This document shows, piece after piece, positions 54,904 through 64,000 of a stretch of DNA of 64,000 nt. Numbering within the stretch: the stretch's first letter is position 1; each line of letters starts with the position of its first letter. The DNA is from an uncultured Clostridia bacterium (GTDB lineage Bacteria > Bacillota > Clostridia > Oscillospirales > Ruminococcaceae), in contig CANPYZ010000007.1 of NCBI GenBank assembly GCA_947589035.1, positions 13,199-77,198 on the forward strand, written 5' to 3'. Below the pieces are notes generated by a model. It had not been told where the DNA came from. It saw nothing but the letters and a program-made list of their open reading frames with translations, and did not search any database. Made by a program: the position numbers and the translations under genes.

Positions 54904-56199
54904 TTATTCGTATTCTTCATTTTCTTCTTCATCTTTTTCTTCATCTTCTTCTGTTGTCGGGGGTTCTGTGGCAGAAGACTGATTTGTATAATTTTTCTGG
55001 TATTTTTTAGGAATATTTTCTTCCACGACACTGTCAATAAATTCCCAGTCCCATTGATTTCCGTAAAAATACGGAATATTATGCTTCTCCATGAGTAATT
55101 TTGTATATTCATCATAGGGGTAACTCTGCACGTCAGTCATGCTTGAACTGAATTGCGTGATGACTGGCGTGACTTGCACGTCCTGAACGGAAATATTCCC
55201 CTGATTGTCCCGACATATCCGAAATTCTCCCATTCCGCCTATCATGTTAATATTTTCTGTTTGCGCTGAAATGAAATTCCCTAACGAATAAAACACAAAA
55301 CCTTTCGTTCCGTCCGAACGGCTGATATATTCCATTGACTGCAATGTGTGCGAACCCGTCCCAATAATCACATCTGCGCCCCAGTCAATAATTTTCTTCG
55401 CTAATTCTTTCTGTGAATCTTCTACTTCCGTACTGTCAGGTGTTCCCCAATTGATACAAACAATGACACTGTCGGCTTGTCGGGATAATGCTTTAATTTG
55501 TCTTTGCATCAAGTCTTCCTGCTGCGCCATCGGCACAATTAAAGAAGTATCTTCCGGCAACGTCCTGTCATTTGTACTTGTTGTGTAACTTAAAAATCCT
55601 ATTGATAAATCGTCTTTTTCAATAATCCGGTAATTCTGCATATCCTGTTCACTGCGATATGCACCCACTACAGAAACATTCGCATATTCTTTCTGTAAGT
55701 TATCCCAATAATTCAACGTCTTTTCTAAACCTTCCGCACCTTTGTCCAAAACGTGCCTGCTGGAAATATTCATCACGTCAAATCCCATGTCCGCAAGGGT
55801 ATATCCTAATTCCACCGGAGAATTAAATATATCACTCCCCCCGGCAAGTTCCATTTCATCATTGCAAATCAGCGTACTTTGATTAATCAAAGAAATATCC
55901 GCATCGGGTATTCTGTCGTCTATATGCTGGTAACAATAGCGGAAATCATAAGTGTCACCCTCTGCCGCATGGGCTGAGGCAGTCTTGTATACACTCGAAT
56001 GAATCATGTTTTCTCCCACTGCTAAAATACTTACGTCCGCTTTCGTGAATGGCGGGTTTGTCGGCGGTTCTGTTTCGTCTGGAATACCCATTGAACCAAT
56101 ATCAATGACATAGCTGTCATTTTGCTGTTCCACTCCTGAACACCCCGTCAGGGTCATCAGCATTATTGCTGTCAGTAATGCAATAGGTCTTATTTTCAT
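54904..56199 (-). CDS. CapA/PgsA-family (PGA_cap metallophosphatase-fold) lipoprotein
   Basis: Start at MKIRPIALLTAIMLMTLTGCSG (lipobox; AAAGGAA RBS). 'ADVSILAVGENMIHSSVY' is the CapA N-terminal metallophosphatase block. Acidic C-terminal tail. Confidence 0.6.
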   Translation of the reverse strand: MKIRPIALLTAIMLMTLTGCSGVEQQNDSYVIDIGSMGIPDETEPPTNPPFTKADVSILAVGENMIHSSVYKTASAHAAEGDTYDFRYCYQHIDDRIPDADISLINQSTLICNDEMELAGGSDIFNSPVELGYTLADMGFDVMNISSRHVLDKGAEGLEKTLNYWDNLQKEYANVSVVGAYRSEQDMQNYRIIEKDDLSIGFLSYTTSTNDRTLPEDTSLIVPMAQQEDLMQRQIKALSRQADSVIVCINWGTPDSTEVEDSQKELAKKIIDWGADVIIGTGSHTLQSMEYISRSDGTKGFVFYSLGNFISAQTENINMIGGMGEFRICRDNQGNISVQDVQVTPVITQFSSSMTDVQSYPYDEYTKLLMEKHNIPYFYGNQWDWEFIDSVVEENIPKKYQKNYTNQSSATEPPTTEEDEEKDEEENEEYE

Positions 56200-56330
56200 A
56201 TAGCCATTTCCTTTCTGACTTTCCGAAAAATCACAGTCAGTATTAGTATAACACATTTTTTTGCAAAATGCAACAGTTTTTTCAAATTTACGCATAAATT
56301 TCTTCAGAAAGGAAATAGTATTTTCAGGAG

Positions 56331-57785
56331 TTGATGTGTATGCCTATGCAATTTTCCGGTTCTCTTGAAGAATTAATTGCCCAGATTCGCCATATTTGCC
56401 AGAATAGTTCAGATATTTTAATTAACAGAATTTCTGTCGGGGGCATTCCCTGCGCTGTGTTCACCTGTGAAGGAATGCTGTCAACGGCAATTTTCACCGA
56501 ATTAGTCATTGACCCGTTAATGCAAATTCCTGTACAGCCGAACAGCCAGCAGTTATTCCAATATTTAGAAAAAAATTTATTGCTTTCGTTAGACAGACCT
56601 ATTGTCCGCAATGAAAAAGAATTTTTCCGGTTAGTATATTCCGGTTTCGTTGTCATTGCCGCTGAAGGGCAGAATTTCGCACTTGCATTCGGCGTGCAAG
56701 GTTACGAAAAACGTTCCGTGAGTGAACCTTCCGGTGAAGCGAACCTCTTCGGCGCACATGACGGCTTAACGGAATCCGTCAGAACAAATATGTCCCTCAT
56801 TCGCCGACGAATGAAAACAACAACATTAAAATTCGAATTATCCGTTTCCGGAAAGTTAAGTCAGACAGATATTTGCTTGTGTTGGCTCACAGACAGAGTT
56901 CCTCCGCAACTTCTTCAGCAAGTGAAACAAAAATTGCAGCAAATGCAATTAGATACAATTCTTTCCCCGGGATATATTCAGCCCTTTCTTGAAAAATGCC
57001 GTGGTAGTTTGTTCGACAGTGTCAGTTTAAGTCAACGACCGGATATTCTTTGTTCTAAACTTTTAGAAGGCAGAATTGTTCTTCTTATGGACGGTATCCC
57101 GTTCGCAATTGTCATTCCGAAATTATTTGTTGAAAATTTCCAGACGTTAGACGACTACACGCATAAACCCTATTATGCTGCTTTCATTCGTTGGGTTAAA
57201 TATATTGCCTTTTTCATTGCGATTCTACTTCCGGCGTTATATATTGCCGTAAGTATGCACCACCCTGAATTATTAAACAGTACGCTAATTTTAATTTTAA
57301 CAGACGCTGAACAGAAAGCCCCTCTTTCCTTACCAACAGAAACTGTTTTCGTATTGTTAATGTATGAAATTATTCGTGAAGCTGGTTTACGACTTCCGAA
57401 AGCCGTCGGCGGTGCAGTCAGCATTGTTTCCGGTTTAATTATTGGCGATGCGGCTGTTTCTTCCGGTTTAATCAGCACACCAATGCTGACAATGACCGCT
57501 ATTTCTGTGATTGCTGGTTTTGTTATTCCTGATTTAAATGCCCCTGTGACAATTATGCGCCTTGCATTCGTTATTGTCGGCGGCTTATGGGGTTTGTTCG
57601 GCATTGGTCTTCTCGGAATGATGATTTTATATAATCTCTGTGCAACTGAAAATTTCAATTTCCCTGTTACAGCTCCGCTTTCCCCATTTTACCGCCGTTC
57701 TATGCGTGACGTGGCAACAAGAGTAAATTTCCGCAAAATGCAGTCCGGTAATTTTACCGTGGAGGAATACTATGAACAAAATTGA
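56331..57785 (+). CDS. gerAA: Spore germination protein, GerAA/GerKA family (germinant receptor A subunit)
   Basis: Soluble N-domain with 'SVSGKLSQTDICLCWLTDRVPPQLLQQVKQKL...LSPGYIQPFLEK' and a C-terminal 5-6 TM region typical of GerA-A subunits. Confidence 0.75.
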   Translation: MMCMPMQFSGSLEELIAQIRHICQNSSDILINRISVGGIPCAVFTCEGMLSTAIFTELVIDPLMQIPVQPNSQQLFQYLEKNLLLSLDRPIVRNEKEFFRLVYSGFVVIAAEGQNFALAFGVQGYEKRSVSEPSGEANLFGAHDGLTESVRTNMSLIRRRMKTTTLKFELSVSGKLSQTDICLCWLTDRVPPQLLQQVKQKLQQMQLDTILSPGYIQPFLEKCRGSLFDSVSLSQRPDILCSKLLEGRIVLLMDGIPFAIVIPKLFVENFQTLDDYTHKPYYAAFIRWVKYIAFFIAILLPALYIAVSMHHPELLNSTLILILTDAEQKAPLSLPTETVFVLLMYEIIREAGLRLPKAVGGAVSIVSGLIIGDAAVSSGLISTPMLTMTAISVIAGFVIPDLNAPVTIMRLAFVIVGGLWGLFGIGLLGMMILYNLCATENFNFPVTAPLSPFYRRSMRDVATRVNFRKMQSGNFTVEEYYEQN

Positions 57786-58785
57786 TTCTCATCAGCTGAC
57801 AACAGTGTTATTTCTTTCCGGTGCATGGTCAGTGATTTGCATTCCCTGCTTATATGGCAATTCTCAATTATTCGCCGTTGCAGTTTCCTGTGTCCTGCAA
57901 ATTTTACTTTGTTTTCCTGTTCTCGCCCTGAAACCGGAAACGTTCATTCACCAAATCCGGAAAAATAAACTTCTTGGCTTTATCTTCATTGTATTTTTTA
58001 TCATTTGCGGTGCGAATGGCTTTTCTCAGCTCTGGGAAGCTGCACCGCCTCAACTTCTTCCCTCTTCCGGAAAATTTACCGCTGCTGTGTTAATCGCCTG
58101 TACTTGCTTTTACACCAGCTCCGCCGGATTAAGAACAACTGCAAAAGCTGCCCCGGTAATGATGAGTTTATTTGTCATTTCGCTTTTTGTGTTAATTCTC
58201 GGCGCATGGAAACGAGCCGATTTAAACCGAATCGCTTTCCAGACGGAAAACCTTTCTTCCGGAATAAGAACTTATTTTTCCTTAAGCGGTGAACTTCCTG
58301 CTGTATGGGTACTTTCCGACAGCCTCCGCAAAAATAGAAAATCTTCCGTGAACAGTTACCTCATCGCAAAAGCATTATTCTGCATATTGATTTTATTTTT
58401 CAGCATTGCCACAGGCGGAAGATTAAGCACGTTAAACGGCTATCCGTTTTTCACTTTAACAGCTCTTTCACAGCCTTTACAAGGGCAAAGAGCAGATGCA
58501 TTATATATTTTAGTGTTCGTCATGCTGCATATTTTACACATTACTTTGCAAACAGGCATGATTGAACACATTGCTGAACAAATGTTTCCCATCGCTGAAA
58601 AATGGTCTGCTCCTGTTTCGCTAATTTTCATGTTAATTCCGGCATATTTATTCAGCAGTGCTTTTTTAGAATCTGTCATTTTCTGGTGTCTGCCTGTGTT
58701 AATTTTTCTTATTCCCTTAGGAATACGCATTCAGCAATTTTTCCGCAGTATGCACAAAAAGGAGTTTTCCCATGAAATTATTTAA
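57772..58785 (+). CDS. gerAB: Spore germination protein, GerAB family (APC-type permease subunit)
   Basis: About 10 TM helices and 337 aa. Overlaps gerAA by 14 nt. Confidence 0.7.
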   Translation: MNKIDSHQLTTVLFLSGAWSVICIPCLYGNSQLFAVAVSCVLQILLCFPVLALKPETFIHQIRKNKLLGFIFIVFFIICGANGFSQLWEAAPPQLLPSSGKFTAAVLIACTCFYTSSAGLRTTAKAAPVMMSLFVISLFVLILGAWKRADLNRIAFQTENLSSGIRTYFSLSGELPAVWVLSDSLRKNRKSSVNSYLIAKALFCILILFFSIATGGRLSTLNGYPFFTLTALSQPLQGQRADALYILVFVMLHILHITLQTGMIEHIAEQMFPIAEKWSAPVSLIFMLIPAYLFSSAFLESVIFWCLPVLIFLIPLGIRIQQFFRSMHKKEFSHEII

Positions 58786-59668
58786 TCTTCTTCCGGTTTG
58801 CTGTATTCTTTTCGTCGGCTGTTCTTCAGAAACAATTTCTGACAGGCTTTACACGCAATCTATTGGAATAACTCAAAATGAAAATTTAACTCTTTACGCT
58901 GAAAATTTTCATCAGGAAATTTCCCCTCCCGTTGACGGAATCAGCATTTCCGAATTGCTTAGACAAGAAGAAGCCCTCAACGGCGGAAAAGTGTTCATCG
59001 GGCATACAGAATTATTATGCCTTGACGGCAGCTGCATTCTTCCCCAAATGGAAGAATTACTCTTCAATTATGGGCTTTCCCCTGCTTGTAAATTGCTTTA
59101 CACCAATCCGGAAAAGTATTTCCGGAACGAAAAAAACAATTCTTTCGTGCATACTATCCGCATGGCTGAACAGAATGGTTTACTCGCAGAAACAGAACTT
59201 TCCACTGCCCTGACTGAATGGAACGGCATCGGCGAAACGGCTTTACTTCCCATTCAGAAAGAAAATTCTTCCGTACCGAGTTTAATTCTGTTAAATAAAA
59301 ACGGCACTTGCAAAGAACTTTCCTCTTCTGCCGTTCAGGGAATGTTCTGGCTAAGGAAAAATTCAGGGAATTTTTCATTCACGTTCTCAACTCCGGAAGG
59401 CGAAAAACAATTATTCATTCGCCGCTGCCACATTGAAAAACAAATTCAAAATCAACATTTACTGTATCATGTATTCATTCGGACAAATTCCCCTGACGAA
59501 AATCATTCCTTCCGGCAACTCGTCGAAAAACAATGCTTGTCTGCCATTCAGGAAATGTTTTCCGCACATGCTGATGTAATCGGCATACAAGACATTCTCG
59601 AAAAAAATCATCTCCCTTTGGAAGAAAATTTCCCTCCTGAAATGGAATTACTCATCACTGTAAATTAA
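58772..59668 (+). CDS. gerAC: Spore germination protein, Ger(x)C family lipoprotein
   Basis: Signal peptide with lipobox 'LFVGCSS'. 298 aa. Overlaps gerAB by 14 nt. Confidence 0.7.
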   Translation: MKLFNLLPVCCILFVGCSSETISDRLYTQSIGITQNENLTLYAENFHQEISPPVDGISISELLRQEEALNGGKVFIGHTELLCLDGSCILPQMEELLFNYGLSPACKLLYTNPEKYFRNEKNNSFVHTIRMAEQNGLLAETELSTALTEWNGIGETALLPIQKENSSVPSLILLNKNGTCKELSSSAVQGMFWLRKNSGNFSFTFSTPEGEKQLFIRRCHIEKQIQNQHLLYHVFIRTNSPDENHSFRQLVEKQCLSAIQEMFSAHADVIGIQDILEKNHLPLEENFPPEMELLITVN

Positions 59669-59691
59669 AAGCCCTGTTTCAGGGCTTTTTG
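59667..59691. terminator. Bidirectional Rho-independent terminator
   Basis: AAAAGCCCTGtttCAGGGCTTTTT. Confidence 0.8.
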
Positions 59692-60278
59692 TCTTGTTCT
59701 GTAATTGTTCGGATGACCCGGCAAGGATTTCCGGCAGCAAGAACATTTTCCGGAATGTCCCTCGTCACAACACTGCCTGCGCCAATAATACTGCCTTTCC
59801 CAATTGTTACACCGCCGCAGATTGTCACATTGCTTGCAATCCAACAATCATCACCAATGATGACTGGCTTTGCATATTCTAAATTATATAACTCTCCGTT
59901 TTCATGGCGTTTCATTCGGCGTTCTTCCGCATTGAACGGGTGCATTGGCGTTGCAATCGTGCAATTCGGTCCGAAAAATACATCATTTCCAATTGTTACC
60001 GGCGCACTGTCTAACACTGTAAAATGAAAATTCGCATAGCACCTGTCACCAAATGTTGTGAATTTCCCGTAATCAAACTGAATCGGCGATTGCAAATATA
60101 ATTCTTTCCCAGCGTTCGGAAATAACGATTTCAAAATAATCTGCCGTTTGTCCGTTTCTGTATCTTCCGTAAAATTATATTCTTTCGATAATTTATGCGC
60201 TCTCTGCCGAAGTTCCACTAATTCCGGCGCAGATGCGTCATAAATTTCCCCAGATAGCATTTTTTCCTGTTCTGTCAT
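59679..60278 (-). CDS. maa: Maltose/galactoside O-acetyltransferase (left-handed beta-helix, hexapeptide repeat)
   Basis: 'MLSGEIYDASAPELVELRQRAHKLSKEYN' is the Mac N-terminal domain. Hexapeptide region 'IGDDCWIASNVTICGGVTIGKGSIIGAGSVV'. Confidence 0.75.
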   Translation of the reverse strand: MTEQEKMLSGEIYDASAPELVELRQRAHKLSKEYNFTEDTETDKRQIILKSLFPNAGKELYLQSPIQFDYGKFTTFGDRCYANFHFTVLDSAPVTIGNDVFFGPNCTIATPMHPFNAEERRMKRHENGELYNLEYAKPVIIGDDCWIASNVTICGGVTIGKGSIIGAGSVVTRDIPENVLAAGNPCRVIRTITEQDKKP

Positions 60279-60356
60279 GGTAAAATTCCCCTTTTGAAAT
60301 TTTTTTGAACTATTGAAGTCAGCACTCCGGAATTTTCCAGAGTGCTGAATTTGAAC

Positions 60357-61373
60357 TTACTGCTGCCCCAGTGTATACTTAATATGGTCAATGGCTGCCT
60401 TTGCGTATTCGTTCACTTTTTCGGAACTGTTCGCATCTAATGCTTTCTGATACCATTCTAAAGCCTTTTCCGGCTGCGCACGAAGTCCGCCGCTGCCGTT
60501 CAGGTAAATTTCCCCGATGGAAAGCTGTGACAACACTAACCCTCTGTTAGATGCTTCCGTGTGCCATGCAATGGCTCTGTCCGGATTCTGCGGGAACGGA
60601 TATGTTCCGTTCTTGTAACTGTCAGCTACCTGGAACATCACATGCAAAAGCACATCTTTTTCTTTCTGTTCCAATGTGTCAATCTGCCCTTTGATTTCCC
60701 GTAAAAAGCTTAACATGCTAATCATGTAATTCTTTGTTCTCGGCTTGCCTAAGAACGTCCATGTGCCTTTTTCGTCCATTTCCGAAACTGTGAAAATGGC
60801 ATAGTCTACCAAATCATCTAACACGTCCCGTACAGGTTCTGGTGCTGGTTTCGGTTCTGGTGCTGGCGTTGGTGCGGAAACTTCCGCTGAATTTTCTACT
60901 TCTGGTGCTGGAGGCGGTGCAGCTTTTTTCTTTGTCTTTTCCGTTGCATGTGCCTTTTCCAGACGTTCATAAACTAAATTGTCTTTCGCATTCGTAATCT
61001 GGTTCATCAATTCCCGATAACGTGCCTGTCTTCTTTCGTCTCCTAAAAAACTTGCCCGTCTTTCCTGCATCAGAATATAATCCAACATGTGAATGCAGCG
61101 TTCCATTGGTTCAATTGCTTCCATTTTCGGTGCCATGTAGGCAATCTTTTCCGCAATAATCGAATACAGAAACATGGATTTTTCCATGTGGCGGTTATGC
61201 TCTTCACTTGTGCCTAATCTGCCCTGACGATATTCTTCATCAGCAAGTTCCTTGAGCTTGTCAACGCTCATTTTGTCTGTACCTTTGCGCCATTGATGTG
61301 CGCCGCAATTTTTGCAGCTTACCTGATTATTCGCTAATCTCGCTCCACAGCTGTAACAAACTTTTTGTGCCAT
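60357..61373 (-). CDS. Zn-ribbon + Sel1/TPR-repeat protein of unknown function
   Basis: Start chosen at MAQKVCYSCGARLANNQVSCKNCGA (CxxC...CxxC). Pro/Ala-rich spacer. C-terminal 'LSQLSIGEIYLNGSGGLRAQPEKALEWYQKALD' is Sel1-like. Confidence 0.55.
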   Translation of the reverse strand: MAQKVCYSCGARLANNQVSCKNCGAHQWRKGTDKMSVDKLKELADEEYRQGRLGTSEEHNRHMEKSMFLYSIIAEKIAYMAPKMEAIEPMERCIHMLDYILMQERRASFLGDERRQARYRELMNQITNAKDNLVYERLEKAHATEKTKKKAAPPPAPEVENSAEVSAPTPAPEPKPAPEPVRDVLDDLVDYAIFTVSEMDEKGTWTFLGKPRTKNYMISMLSFLREIKGQIDTLEQKEKDVLLHVMFQVADSYKNGTYPFPQNPDRAIAWHTEASNRGLVLSQLSIGEIYLNGSGGLRAQPEKALEWYQKALDANSSEKVNEYAKAAIDHIKYTLGQQ

Positions 61374-61529
61374 TTTTCGAACTCCTTTACATAATTGATA
61401 CACGCTTTCATGCATCTGTTAAATTTGATTAAGTTTATTATAGCACATTAACAGAAAAATTGCAATCCCTTCCGGTGATTTTGTAAATCATTTACAAATT
61501 TTGTTTCCGGTTTTTGTCATTTTGTACAA

Positions 61530-61560
61530 AAAAATCCCCCTGCAACAGGGGGATTCATTT
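61530..61560 (-). terminator. Rho-independent terminator of pckG
   Basis: Minus strand reads TCCCCCTGttgCAGGGGGA followed by TTTTTTTG. Confidence 0.8.
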
Positions 61561-63408
61561 TTACTTGTTCAGATTATTTTCGATTTTGTCTAAAACATCA
61601 CGCAATGCCTGCGGTACTCTTCCGCCCTTTGCGGCAATGTCTTCATCGTAATATCTGCGCATTTCGGCAATTTCTTTCTTCCAGAGGTCTGTGTCTACTT
61701 CTAAAAGTTTATCCATTACTTCAGGAGTTACTTCATCTTCAATGCCTTCTGTGTTGATGTCGCCTTTCTTAGGCAGATAGCCAATTGCGGTTTCTTCTGC
61801 GTCAACGGCTTCTTCACAGCGTTTAATAATCCAGTCTAACACTCTCATATTATCGCCGAATCCTGGCCAGATAAAGTTTCCGTTTTCGTCCTGTTTGAAC
61901 CAGTTCACGTTGAAAATTTTCGGTGCTTTATCGCCTAATACGTCACCCATTTCCAACCAGTGATTCCAGTAATCACCAACGTTATAGCCAATGAAAGGCT
62001 TCATTGCCATTGGGTCATGTCTTAATACGCCAACTGCGCCCGTTGCGGCTGCTGTCGTTTCAGAAGAAACTGCTGAACCCATATATGTTCCATGTGTCCA
62101 GTCAAATGACTGATACACTAACGGCGTTGTAGAAGCTCTTCTTCCGCCGAAAATAATTGCTGATACCGGCACGCCTTCCGGATTGTTAAATTCCGGTGAT
62201 AAGCAAGGGCAATTTTCTGCCGGAGCGGTGAAACGGGAATTAGGATGCGCAAGCGTTTTCTTCTTTCCGGTCTTTTCGTCAACCTGTGCAGTATATTCTA
62301 CGCCGTTGACTTTGTTGCCAGTCCATTCCGTTGCATCTACCGGAGGTTCTTTCGTTAATTTTTCCCACCATACTGTATTGTCTGCATTGTTTAATGCAAC
62401 ATTGGTGAAAATGGCATTCTTTCTCGTGGAAGCTAATGCATTATAATTCGACTTTTCATTCGTTCCAGGTGCTACACCGAAGAAACCGTTTTCCGGATTG
62501 ATTGCGTATAATCTGCCGTCTTTCCCTGGTTTCAGCCATGCAATATCATCACCAACAGTGAATACTTTATAGCCTTTTTTCGTGTAAACTTCCGGCGGAA
62601 TTAACATCGCTAAATTCGTTTTCCCACATGCAGACGGGAACGCCGCACAAACATATTTCGTTTCGCCGTCCGGTTTCTGCACGCCGAGAATTAACATATG
62701 TTCTGCCATCCAGCCTTCATTTTTCCCTTGGAAAGAAGCTATTCTTAAGGCAAAACATTTTTTCGACAAAATCACATTTCCGCCGTATGCAGAATTGATT
62801 GACCAGATAGTATTATCTTCCGGGAACTGCACAATGTAACGCTTTTCGGGGTCAACGTCTGCTTTGGAATGTAAACCACGCACAAAGTCGTTGGAATCGC
62901 CTAATTTGTCAAATGCAGCTTTTCCCATTCTGGTCATAATATTCATGTTCAGTACAACATAAATGGAATCTGTTAATTCTACGCCAACTTTAGAAATCGG
63001 AGAAGTTACCGGACCCATGCTGTACGGAATGACATACATTGTCTGCCCTTTCATGACTCCGTCATACATCGGAGTAAGTTTAGCATACATTTCTTTCGGG
63101 TCCATCCAGTTATTTGTCGGACCTGCGTCTTCTTTCGTTCTGGTGCAGATAAATGTTCTGTCCTCTACACGGGCAACGTCATTCACTGCGGTTCTGTGAT
63201 ACAGACAACCAGGTAATTTTTCCTGATTCAGATGATACATCTTGTTCGGGTCTCCGTCCGGTAAAGATGTGACTTCATCAATCAGTGCATTCAACTGTTC
63301 CTGTGAACCGTCAATCCAGACAACTTTGTCCGGCTTGCACAGGTCAACCATTTCCTGCACCCAATCCAATACTTTCTGATTCGTGGTCAGTGCGCCTTCT
63401 AACGCCAT
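61561..63408 (-). CDS. pckG: Phosphoenolpyruvate carboxykinase (GTP)
   Basis: 615 aa. 'YGGNVILSKKCFALRIASF' and 'AFPSACGKTNLAM' (kinase-1a P-loop) are GTP-PEPCK signatures. Confidence 0.9.
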   Translation of the reverse strand: MALEGALTTNQKVLDWVQEMVDLCKPDKVVWIDGSQEQLNALIDEVTSLPDGDPNKMYHLNQEKLPGCLYHRTAVNDVARVEDRTFICTRTKEDAGPTNNWMDPKEMYAKLTPMYDGVMKGQTMYVIPYSMGPVTSPISKVGVELTDSIYVVLNMNIMTRMGKAAFDKLGDSNDFVRGLHSKADVDPEKRYIVQFPEDNTIWSINSAYGGNVILSKKCFALRIASFQGKNEGWMAEHMLILGVQKPDGETKYVCAAFPSACGKTNLAMLIPPEVYTKKGYKVFTVGDDIAWLKPGKDGRLYAINPENGFFGVAPGTNEKSNYNALASTRKNAIFTNVALNNADNTVWWEKLTKEPPVDATEWTGNKVNGVEYTAQVDEKTGKKKTLAHPNSRFTAPAENCPCLSPEFNNPEGVPVSAIIFGGRRASTTPLVYQSFDWTHGTYMGSAVSSETTAAATGAVGVLRHDPMAMKPFIGYNVGDYWNHWLEMGDVLGDKAPKIFNVNWFKQDENGNFIWPGFGDNMRVLDWIIKRCEEAVDAEETAIGYLPKKGDINTEGIEDEVTPEVMDKLLEVDTDLWKKEIAEMRRYYDEDIAAKGGRVPQALRDVLDKIENNLNK

Positions 63409-63556
63409 ATAAAACCCTCCTTATAATTTGTGTAAACTTACACTTGTCAAAAATCCTGACAATTCTATTTTACCATGAAATTGAAAATTTGTCAATAGTT
63501 TCTGTTATTTTTATCAAAAAGAAAAGCCCTGCGAAAGCAGAACTTTCCGTGAAAAA

Positions 63557-64000
63557 TTATTTTTCCGCATTCAGAAAATTTTCCAAAGAGTCATTTCCGC
63601 CTGCGCCTGCATAAGCAGAATATTGCAGCATTAAAGCGGCATCTTGTGCGTTAATCAGTCCGTCGCCGTTCAAATCCGCATAACTTCTTTGCATTCGGCT
63701 GAGTGCGCCTTTCATGCCTGCACCGAGTTCAGCGGCATCTTGTAACACGTCCGCTGCATCTTGTGCATTAATTTTCGTGTCGCCGTTCACGTCCGCTAAA
63801 GTGTACAAAGAAGTTAAATTCTTCCCGTCCGTGAACATCTGCACCCAATACATTTCGCCCCCGGCGGAATATACGCCAATGCCAATTGCCTGATATGCCG
63901 GATTTAAAATATTTTCCCTGTGTCCGCTTGAACTCATCCAGCCCTGCATGACTTCATCTTCATTCGAATACCCGAAAGCAATGTTTTCCCCCATTGCGCT
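63557..64000 (-). CDS. CAP/SCP (YkwD-like) domain protein with C-terminal XDoc-type dockerin; N-terminus outside the window
   Basis: 'GENIAFGYSNEDEVMQGWMSSSGHRENILNPAYQAIGIGVY' matches the YkwD-like CAP block. C-terminal 'ADVNGDTKINAQDAADVLQDAAELGAG...ADLNGDGLINAQDAALMLQYSAYAGAG' is a duplicated Ca-loop + helix. The frame stays open to base 64000. Confidence 0.65.
   Translation of the reverse strand, partial: SAMGENIAFGYSNEDEVMQGWMSSSGHRENILNPAYQAIGIGVYSAGGEMYWVQMFTDGKNLTSLYTLADVNGDTKINAQDAADVLQDAAELGAGMKGALSRMQRSYADLNGDGLINAQDAALMLQYSAYAGAGGNDSLENFLNAEK

Noticed and set aside
63425-63445. Possible cre (catabolite-responsive element) GTGTAAACTTACAC in the pckG promoter region
   Set aside because: It lacks the central CG and the length of the TGWAANCGNTNWCA consensus. 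It is only a short 6-bp inverted repeat and could easily be chance in AT-rich DNA.
1-64000. CRISPR arrays, rRNA genes, transposases, integrases or phage structural genes
   Set aside because: No short direct-repeat/spacer periodicity, no rRNA-like conserved blocks, and no DDE/tyrosine-recombinase motifs were seen. The only mobile-element-like signal is the repeat-flanked ATPase gene, which is reported separately.

Overview
Low-GC Firmicutes (Clostridia) chromosome segment with the gene content of a Ruminococcus flavefaciens-type cellulosome-producing, sporulation-capable anaerobe. The taxon call is inference only.

(1) 1-16 kb is a neighbourhood of dockerin-bearing secreted proteins. It holds three tandem modular paralogs (leucine-rich repeat (LRR) or Ig-like N-domain, Thr-linker, papain-like Cys-peptidase-like domain, type-I dockerin), each behind its own cloned terminator+promoter cassette. 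It also holds a GH24 lysozyme-dockerin fusion, an Ig-like-dockerin protein, a lone HMGL-like gene, an orphan 385-aa hypothetical and a low-GC AAA+ ATPase gene bracketed by identical 32-bp terminator repeats.

(2) 16-18.5 kb carries an LRAT-like (NlpC/P60) protein, tRNA-Ala(GGC), and directly 3' of the tRNA an overlapping RelE/HigB-like toxin gene and a Panacea (DUF4065)-domain antitoxin gene.

(3) 18.5-37.8 kb is housekeeping:
- ftsE-ftsX, a coiled-coil M23 peptidase (EnvC-like), an S41 CtpA-like peptidase and an AT-rich GT-C glycosyltransferase (minus strand);
- a PucR/CdaR regulator;
- ddl-murI-DUF1934-argS;
- SdpI-like, lipoprotein, flotillin, a hypothetical and NfeD;
- an XRE regulator;
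- rpmG-secE-nusG-rplK-rplA.

(4) 37.8-45.5 kb holds a GH26 mannanase with dockerin, a SleB-type cell-wall hydrolase and aroB-aroA-aroC.

(5) 45.5-54.5 kb is a scaC/scaA/scaB-like scaffoldin cluster. It comprises an about 1,911-aa protein with about 8 cohesin-like modules, an X-module and an XDoc-like dockerin, a cohesin + PT-linker + dockerin protein, and a single cohesin + dockerin adaptor. It contains near-identical 513-bp tandem repeats and a ~0.5 kb cohesin segment duplicated between genes.

(6) 54.9-64 kb holds a CapA-like lipoprotein, the gerAA-gerAB-gerAC germinant receptor operon, maltose O-acetyltransferase, a Zn-ribbon/Sel1 protein, GTP-PEPCK (pckG) and a partial CAP-domain-dockerin protein.

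Many sigma-A promoters are exact TTGACA-17 bp-TATAAT, and most transcription units end in clear Rho-independent hairpins. No CRISPR array, rRNA, transposase or integrase was seen.
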